Shown: piece by piece, positions 58,401 to 64,000 of the stretch
How positions within the stretch are numbered: position 1 is the stretch's first letter
How the letters are laid out: the number at the start of each line of letters is the position of its first letter
Made by a program: the position numbers and the translations under genes
Origin: Parcubacteria group bacterium
GTDB lineage: Bacteria > Patescibacteriota > Minisyncoccia > Phycocordibacterales > CSBR16-119
DNA: 64,000 nt
NCBI GenBank assembly: GCA_943356745.1
Contig: CALRFT010000001.1
Location: 11,946-75,945 of the forward strand
Direction of reading: 5' to 3'
The notes under the pieces: generated by a model
Seen by the model: only the letters and a program-made list of their open reading frames with translations
Databases searched by the model: none
What the model was told of the DNA's origin: nothing

Positions 58401-58527
58401 TTCTATCTTCAATTTTCTGAGTTACGAAGTCTATCATATCTTGAGACGGGAAACCAGAAAAAAACATCGCAAACGCAAGTGTAAAAACCGCACAATATCG
58501 ATATATTTTTTTAATAATTTGCAACAT
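55402..58527 (-). CDS. Large secreted adhesin-like protein: six YxGNG/FQPD repeats plus WxL/pilin-like C-terminal domain
   Basis: Six repeats of about 100 aa; C-terminal domain of about 165 aa clearly paralogous to 54198-55304; ends AGVYNGILTYTVTASY. Confidence 0.75.
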   Translation of the reverse strand: MLQIIKKIYRYCAVFTLAFAMFFSGFPSQDMIDFVTQKIEDRNVVDLLYIATQEKGNLVDRHIGHLLQPEVERANAATFQIQTGYYVGNGVDNRQITKVGFQPQMVIVKDFDAGGSEGMVVKTSTMTGELSLAWAETDGNLTTNHIQSFNSDGFTVGNDSDVNANTTIYYWVAFRGSDCNSSGTFCVGSYTGNGTSQNITSVGFQPDFVSVKRAGGSIGVFKTSVHSGTVSSQWGGADIASGAIDSILSNGFSIGSNAAVNTAANTYHYFAFKNTPGAFKAGSFVGNGLDNNNIDSSDDTALTFQPDFVVAKGAGATNGFLNFRASYGDFTMPSTDAAGSANIIQRLFSTGGFQVGSSTSGVNVNGVTTYYGVFGGAPEPAFDTSGRFRMINGSYTGTGAAFSVAGLPFNPDLVIVKHRDQATDQAAVWAHRGIGQNSTGYFALALSNFTGGVTALGTNSFSVGTSPTVNTAGDTYYWTAFGNASQSDGVGTASDFLIGAYSGNVQDNRNIDRLPFQPDFVTIKSLSNNFSPWRTSSMVEDISNLFNAGASTSNLIQAFNSDGFQIGSANAANVNAIRIPYFMFGGNSCTEDGTFCVGTYTGNGTVRNITSLGFQPDLVWIKKRTGGTARGALLRTSVQTGDSTSQFLALPSITNQITNLISNGFSLGTGVDSNENTFTYDFAAWNAKRYTQATYRFFENVDTQDVGSVLAAQDTPATLSSTNQVFRLRMNIRNDFGNLFVDGKNFKLQYVDKGTGTCASPSGGTPAVYTDVTSVTSIAFQDNPTPADDAALTPNANDPTDGGRTIVNQSYVESNPFTNNQASITNQSQSGKWDFALRDNGANPETTFCFRVVGATSGTLFDTYTNYPEITTAAAGGVQEISMTISDNSIGFGSLSPSSARYATGDTLGSGTDSSDAHTVTASTNASGGYILTVNGTTLTCNACSGATINSIGGTSAASSPGTEQFGIRAVVNSGTGTVSVPYNQASEFAFDAAAFPDQIATGSGDNTPTEYGVRYLSNITSLTEAGVYNGILTYTVTASY

Positions 58528-59494
58528 ATTGATAAATAACCGACGAAATTTCTTTCATAATCATCTCCGCATCTTGGCGAGTTTTTTCTGATGGGACATC
58601 TATCATGAGAGTAATAAGATAAGGTCTATTTGGCACATAGACAATACCTGAATCAAGATAGATTGTATCTAAATCATTGATACCTATTTTATGTGCAAAG
58701 GTCACACCCTCTGGTATGCCGGCATCCAAAAAAGTATTAAAGTAGGTACTTGATAGTATTTCTAAAAGTGTTGTAGAGTGTTGTCTTGAGAGATAACTTG
58801 AGGTATACAAAGCACGAAAAATTCGAGTATATTCTCGCGCTGTAACTCTGTATTGAGAATCATAAAAATCACTAAACCCTAAAGCGTTGAAAAGTTCTTC
58901 ATATCCATCTTCGGACAGATTTCGAAGAAATATTCTGTGTGCGGTGTCATCTGAATTCACAAGAAGCTCAAATAAAAGCTCTTCTATAGTAAGTCGTGTA
59001 CCTACCGGCTCTTGATACAATTCTCCAAAATCACTATTTCTATCTTCCATAAAAAGTACTAGTTCGTTGGAAAGCTTCCATTCCCCATCTTGAATTTTTT
59101 TCATCACCACAAATGCTGTCGGCATTTTTGAAAGAGATGCTGGGAAAAATCGCTTTTCTTCATTTATAGAAATACTTGCCCCTGTGTTAAGATACTCAAA
59201 ATATAACCCTATCTCAAAACCCTGCGCTTCATATTCTCCAACACGGGAAACCAAATCACGCCGAATAGGTTCTATCGTTGTGAAAAAATGCTCCTGATCG
59301 ACAAAGCTTCGAGAAGCTTCGATGAGAGGAAAAGGGTTGATATAATCTTCGGACTTCCTTTCTCTTAGAAATAAAAATCCCCATACAATATTTGTACACA
59401 CAAAAACAATCAAAAATATCAGAGATATTTTTTTTGAATTCCACCAAGGTGTTTTTTTATTATTACTCTTCTCTTTCATATGATTAGTTTTCAA
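58511..59494 (-). CDS. Membrane-anchored serine hydrolase (class A beta-lactamase-like)
   Basis: PASLSK (SxxK), SDD, HKIG; N-terminal TM. Confidence 0.85.
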   Translation of the reverse strand: MKTNHMKEKSNNKKTPWWNSKKISLIFLIVFVCTNIVWGFLFLRERKSEDYINPFPLIEASRSFVDQEHFFTTIEPIRRDLVSRVGEYEAQGFEIGLYFEYLNTGASISINEEKRFFPASLSKMPTAFVVMKKIQDGEWKLSNELVLFMEDRNSDFGELYQEPVGTRLTIEELLFELLVNSDDTAHRIFLRNLSEDGYEELFNALGFSDFYDSQYRVTAREYTRIFRALYTSSYLSRQHSTTLLEILSSTYFNTFLDAGIPEGVTFAHKIGINDLDTIYLDSGIVYVPNRPYLITLMIDVPSEKTRQDAEMIMKEISSVIYQYVANY

Positions 59495-60314
59495 TATTCA
59501 TCTGACATGTGGTGATTGATGGATTTGCCACACCTTTGGTAAATATAAAAGTCACACTAAAATTTCCATCTTGTGTTTCGCCATTTTTTTCTAGTGTAAA
59601 TGGAACTTCTTTTTGGTTGGAAGGTATTGATATCGATTGTCTTTCATTTTCTTTAAAGAAAATATCAAAACCGGGAGGAATACCTACTATCTCAAGATTT
59701 GCAGGACCACTGGCTTCATTATGGTTGACCATGACAACATTATTTTTGTTTGGAAGAAACTGCATATCGACAGAAAATGTTTCGATCCAACAGGCATGAA
59801 CCGCATTTATATCAGTGGTAAATTCTTTCACTTCAGGGATTGCGGATATGCTCGGGAGATCTTCTGGATCAATCAAAAGAATATCTTCCATATACTCCTC
59901 TTCTAATATTTGAGTTTCTTCTTCAGTAATTTGCTCTGGCTCATCTACAAATATATCTAAGATTTTTTCAAAAAATCCTGGCTTCTCTTGCTCAATATCT
60001 TCAATCGTAACTTCTGGTACTTCTTGAGTTGTTTTTTCTTGTAACACTTCAGTAGAATCTTGCTCAACGTCTTCTGTTGCAATAACTTCCACAAGTTCTT
60101 CGACTGGAGAATTTTCAACACTTTCTCCTAATACCTCTGGAGTTTCTGAATTTATTTCAGTTACTTGATCTTGTGATATTTCAGATACTGATTCTTCCGA
60201 AACTACTGGAGTTTCAGAAATATCTTGAGCAAGAGCAAATTGATATAAAGCAAAAACAGCAATAAGTACCCCTATTGCTTGAAAGGTATTTTTAAAACGA
60301 CTCATAAATTTCAT
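59484..60314 (-). CDS. Secreted acidic hypothetical protein
   Basis: Signal peptide, Glu-rich low-complexity region, C-terminal Ig-like domain with two Cys. Confidence 0.75.
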   Translation of the reverse strand: MKFMSRFKNTFQAIGVLIAVFALYQFALAQDISETPVVSEESVSEISQDQVTEINSETPEVLGESVENSPVEELVEVIATEDVEQDSTEVLQEKTTQEVPEVTIEDIEQEKPGFFEKILDIFVDEPEQITEEETQILEEEYMEDILLIDPEDLPSISAIPEVKEFTTDINAVHACWIETFSVDMQFLPNKNNVVMVNHNEASGPANLEIVGIPPGFDIFFKENERQSISIPSNQKEVPFTLEKNGETQDGNFSVTFIFTKGVANPSITTCQMNIEN

Positions 60315-60385
60315 ATATATAGTATATCAAACTTTTAATAATACATTTAAACAGCCTCTTGAGAGAGACTGTTTAAATAGTTATA

Positions 60386-60934
60386 TTATATTTCTTGAAA
60401 CTGTATTTGTGTTGGAATTTCAAATTGAGTTTTATCAACATCCCATTCCTGACAATCATAATCTCCAATCTGTTCCGCATTCCAAGAGTAAGTTCCTGAC
60501 ATTCCCGATTGTGACTGTGCGTTATTGGTATCAATAACGGAAACTTTGTATCCAATAGGCGCCATATTGGTCCAAGTATATGAGAATCCATCTCGAACAA
60601 TAACAGAAGAAAGAATACTCATCCCAGAAACTTGAGTTGTAAAATCTCCACGAATATTTCCATCATACAAGAACACTTTTCCTTGTGTTGATTGAGACAT
60701 TCCAGCATCAATATATTGATTAACTGTACACTGATATGATCCTTTATCTTGTTTCAAAAATTCTGAAAAAGCCATCTTTTTGCCCTGAGAATTATTTTCA
60801 TTTTCCGTCATTGTCTGATTGGAATCTTGAACTACTGGTGTATCTAATTTATTTGTAGATTTATTATTAATCAAAAATAACCCAAGACCAGCGAACACTA
60901 TTACTATAATTGCGATAATTGTTGTTTTTGCCAT
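60386..60934 (-). CDS. Membrane-anchored hypothetical protein
   Basis: N-terminal TM; C...Y.C..W.VD...F..P pattern; start taken at MAKTT. Confidence 0.75.
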   Translation of the reverse strand: MAKTTIIAIIVIVFAGLGLFLINNKSTNKLDTPVVQDSNQTMTENENNSQGKKMAFSEFLKQDKGSYQCTVNQYIDAGMSQSTQGKVFLYDGNIRGDFTTQVSGMSILSSVIVRDGFSYTWTNMAPIGYKVSVIDTNNAQSQSGMSGTYSWNAEQIGDYDCQEWDVDKTQFEIPTQIQFQEI

Positions 60935-61040
60935 GAAAGCATTATAACAAATACAAAAAGAAGCGACAGTGTCGCTTCTTTTTAATGGGTCGAGGTATAT
61001 AAGTTTATGTTTGTTTGTGTATATAGGTTTTTGTAATTTT

Positions 61041-61712
61041 TTATGAAAGAATTTCTCCGATTCGGTTACCGATTTTTTTGAAAAATCCACCTTCTCTTTT
61101 TTCTTTCATTGTTTCTTTAAACTCTTGAATTCTATCTCCAAAAGTTTCCTTCATGAGTTCATGTGCTTCTTCATGTTTTCCTTCATCATGAAGAGTTTTT
61201 ACTTCTTCAAGAACAGCCTTGTCTTCATCAGAAAGAGATTCCATATCTATTGGAAAATGTGGCATTTGCCCAAGCATTGGAAACACCTCTTTGATTTCTT
61301 GCATTTTTTCTCGAGCAGCTTCATGATCACCAGACTCTCGAAGTTTATGAGCTTCTACCATGATTGAAAAAGTATCTTCTGTTACTTTTTCTGCAATAGT
61401 TTCACCCACAGCGTCCACGAAAGCATCGTAATCATTTGCCTCAAGGGCTGATTTTACAGCATCAGTTTTTTCCTTATCAAAATTTCCCATCATTTTAGGA
61501 GTTTTGAGTTCAATTCCATACTCTTTCATTTTAGTCTGAAGAGCTTCGAAATCTCCAGAATCACGCAATTCTTTAAGTTCATCTCTTTGATCTTGTGTAA
61601 GATCTTTAAATGGTCCTCCTTTATCTTCAGCAGCATACAAAGATGACGCGCTACTGAAAAGTATAGCGAGCATCAATGCAGTTACCCCTAAGTATTTTGT
61701 ACTTTTTTTCAT
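61041..61712 (-). CDS. Secreted helical charged protein
   Basis: Signal peptide; three related segments (ELRDSGDFEA, KLRESGDHEA, TLHDEGKHEE). Confidence 0.8.
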   Translation of the reverse strand: MKKSTKYLGVTALMLAILFSSASSLYAAEDKGGPFKDLTQDQRDELKELRDSGDFEALQTKMKEYGIELKTPKMMGNFDKEKTDAVKSALEANDYDAFVDAVGETIAEKVTEDTFSIMVEAHKLRESGDHEAAREKMQEIKEVFPMLGQMPHFPIDMESLSDEDKAVLEEVKTLHDEGKHEEAHELMKETFGDRIQEFKETMKEKREGGFFKKIGNRIGEILS

Positions 61713-61772
61713 ATATTTTATATATTACAAATAAGATATTTAGTTTTATGTAATGTGCTTGTAGTATTCTGA

Positions 61773-62600
61773 TCAGTTCCTACATAAACTATTACGCACT
61801 TCTTGTATATTTCTTTCACTTGGATATATAAATTCTTTATTTGGTGGAACAACAGGATCTGAACCAAGTATCTCAAGATAGATTCCCTCTTCTTCAAATG
61901 ATTTTTGAAGATTTGTTTTTGGTTCTTTAAACTCTCCAGCAAGAGGAAACCAAGGGATAAACGTACATGCCTTAAATGTACTTGAATCTTCAATATTTCC
62001 AATAATTCTAATATTCTGAACTTGAGACAAAAGTTCCCTATCAACCTCTGGAATATTTGCAATATCAATATTCCACATAATATCTTTGTTATCACGAATA
62101 ACAAGGCTATTATCTTTTATTGAAATAATCACCCCAGAAAGCAGGCCGTCTTCAGGATTGCTCCATCTATTTTCGATTTGATTTGGAACAGCTTGATATG
62201 TAGAAACTCGTTTCCCAATTGCATTATCTACAAAAGAACCAACTTTAACAGCAAATAAAACAGACCCGAGAATTAAACTTATAACGATAGAAGAACTTAT
62301 AATTATCCACCATTTATATTTATATCCTTTTTCTGTTGTTCTTACGAAAAAATGAGTAGCTAAAATAAGAACAGATAGTGAAAGTATCCAAAGTATTGGA
62401 AGAGCTTTCAAAAAGCCACCAAGTTCAATAGCGTTAGCAAAAGAAAAAAGAATAACAGAAAATGAAAGACTACCTAGAAAAATTGTAAACACAACTAAAA
62501 ACCACAGTGATATTTTTTTAAGTAAAAAATATAACTTTGTCCTTGGTGTGATTGTATTGTCTTTTATTTTCTCTAAAATATTATTTTTAATTGAAGTCAT
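61773..62600 (-). CDS. Membrane protein, putative anti-sigma factor
   Basis: Three TM helices plus extracellular domain; overlaps the ECF sigma 3' end; start taken at MTSIK. Confidence 0.6.
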   Translation of the reverse strand: MTSIKNNILEKIKDNTITPRTKLYFLLKKISLWFLVVFTIFLGSLSFSVILFSFANAIELGGFLKALPILWILSLSVLILATHFFVRTTEKGYKYKWWIIISSSIVISLILGSVLFAVKVGSFVDNAIGKRVSTYQAVPNQIENRWSNPEDGLLSGVIISIKDNSLVIRDNKDIMWNIDIANIPEVDRELLSQVQNIRIIGNIEDSSTFKACTFIPWFPLAGEFKEPKTNLQKSFEEEGIYLEILGSDPVVPPNKEFIYPSERNIQEVRNSLCRN

Positions 62601-63168
62601 ATATTGTATTCCAGTATGTAATAAATTCTTTTTTTGCACGAGATACAAGTGTTGCGATTGTACCCATGGGCTTTTTTAAAATATCTGATATTTCTTCATA
62701 GCTTTTCTCTTCAAAAAATCTCAAAATTATTATTTGTCTATATCCGTCTGACATTTTTCCAACAACAGTTTCTATTTGTTCAGATAACTCAGTAGTATGG
62801 ATATCTTTTAAAATATCAACTTCTGAAGCAAAATTTTGCAAAGCTATATCTTCTATTTCAACCAAACCCTTTTCTTTTTGTGTTTGCTTTTTTCTATGAA
62901 GACTAACCACATGATTATGACAAATTCGGTATATCCAAGATGAAAAAGAAAGTGAAGTATCAAAACCACGAAGATTTTCATACGCCTTAATAAAAACATC
63001 TTGAACAATATCTTCGGCTTCGTGTTTTGGTATATATGTTATTCGCCTTACATATCGAAGAAGTTTTTGTTCATATCTATCAATAAGTTCACCAAAAAAC
63101 TCCGGATTTTCCTGGAGTGTCTTATGAGCAATTTCCTGATCTGAAATATGTTGAATATCTTGACTCAT
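62587..63168 (-). CDS. ECF RNA polymerase sigma factor
   Basis: AEDIVQDVFIKAY, FSSWIYRI, SYEEIS.IL....GT....VSRAK; start taken at MSQDI. Confidence 0.95.
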   Translation of the reverse strand: MSQDIQHISDQEIAHKTLQENPEFFGELIDRYEQKLLRYVRRITYIPKHEAEDIVQDVFIKAYENLRGFDTSLSFSSWIYRICHNHVVSLHRKKQTQKEKGLVEIEDIALQNFASEVDILKDIHTTELSEQIETVVGKMSDGYRQIIILRFFEEKSYEEISDILKKPMGTIATLVSRAKKEFITYWNTIYDFN

Positions 63169-63290
63169 GAATATAAACGTATTATACACGTTGTATATTA
63201 TTACGCGCATGTTCCATATTTATTTCATTATTTGACAAACTAATACAATCATAGTAATCTAGCAATCAAACCCTTTAATTTTTAAATAAT

Positions 63291-64000
63291 ATGAACAAAC
63301 CTTTGTCCTTTGAAAACCTACTAGACATTTCAGGTTTACCTGAAAAACTTGTATTTCTTTGTAGAAAAAAAGAAGAAAATGCAATTCAAGAAATTATTGC
63401 TTTTCTCCAAAAAGCCTATAAACAAAACTACAACGAAACACTTATAAATGTAAGCTTGCAAAAACAAAACATGATGAGTGATGTTCTTGGTTCACAATCT
63501 TGTCTCTTTGAAAAGATTACAACCCATTCTTGGGAAAAAAATTTCCTTGAAAACTTTTCACAAGATAAAAATAGAAAGAAATCAAAAAATGTTTTCCTAT
63601 GGGGTCACATTTTTATCCAAAGTGACTGGGAACTAGGAGGGAAAATATCTCAAGAAGGAGGTGGTATTGAATTTATCTTTGATAATTTTGGATCCAACCT
63701 AGTTGAAATCAACCATGAGCAGTACTACTTTGGTGAAAGATCGATTATTGCCCACAACACAGAAGTTGTAGATGAAGATTACTCTTTAATAATCCACATT
63801 CCAACGATCGTGATTGATTCAAGGATGAGTGAAAAGATACTCAAATCAATACAGAATCGAAAGGTTTTGGGTAATATTTACACTCTGTATGCACTCAGCT
63901 CTGAACAAGCAATGATTCGTAACTTTTTCCAAGAAGAAGAGATTATTGCACGTGGTAACAGAACCGAAACACTGGAAGATATACTTAGAAACATACCATG
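63291..64000 (+). CDS. Hypothetical protein (runs off window end)
   Basis: Open frame from ATG 63291 (MNKPLSFENLLD...); TTGACA-17-TAATCT promoter upstream. Confidence 0.7.
   Translation, partial: MNKPLSFENLLDISGLPEKLVFLCRKKEENAIQEIIAFLQKAYKQNYNETLINVSLQKQNMMSDVLGSQSCLFEKITTHSWEKNFLENFSQDKNRKKSKNVFLWGHIFIQSDWELGGKISQEGGGIEFIFDNFGSNLVEINHEQYYFGERSIIAHNTEVVDEDYSLIIHIPTIVIDSRMSEKILKSIQNRKVLGNIYTLYALSSEQAMIRNFFQEEEIIARGNRTETLEDILRNIP

Noticed and set aside
58511-59494. Antibiotic-resistance beta-lactamase
   Set aside because: SDD and KIG replace SDN and KTG and it is membrane anchored; more likely a cell-wall serine hydrolase, resistance unsupported
1-64000. CRISPR array, rRNA, integrase, transposase or reverse transcriptase/DGR
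   Set aside because: No regularly spaced repeats and no corresponding motifs in any ORF; the repeats found are pairs of terminator hairpins

Overview
AT-rich, compact bacterial chromosome segment using the standard genetic code (TGA is a stop). Gene content and style point to a Patescibacteria/CPR (Parcubacteria-like) genome; this is an inference, not a database result. Core genes: F-type ATP synthase operon (atpI-B-E-F-H-A-G', c subunit with a Na+-type signature), tRNA-Ile(GAT), tRNA-Glu(CTC), prfA/rpmE2/prmC, a pentose-phosphate/glycolysis cluster (gap, rpiB, class I fba, rpe, split transketolase, PfkB kinase), gatB, obgE, rmuC, mraZ-rsmH-ftsL-ftsI, lysS, greA, mrdA, a P-type ATPase, NhaD and an ECF sigma locus. 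Many one- or two-gene accessory inserts sit between bidirectional terminators. No integrase, transposase, reverse transcriptase, rRNA or CRISPR array was seen. The best candidate for an undescribed system is the six-gene surface-structure cluster at 49.6-58.5 kb: a large repeat adhesin and a smaller subunit sharing a WxL/pilin-like C-terminal module, a membrane-anchored DUF916/chaperone-like protein, an adaptor with a possible donor strand plus dockerin, and two membrane-anchored cohesin-like proteins. Other notable signals: accessory genes bracketed by exact duplicates of a terminator hairpin, pervasive leaderless promoters, a 6S-like structured RNA candidate after prfA, a HEPN-motif gene at tRNA-Glu, a tail-anchored aldolase and a fatty-acid desaturase. 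All protein family calls come from motif recognition by eye.
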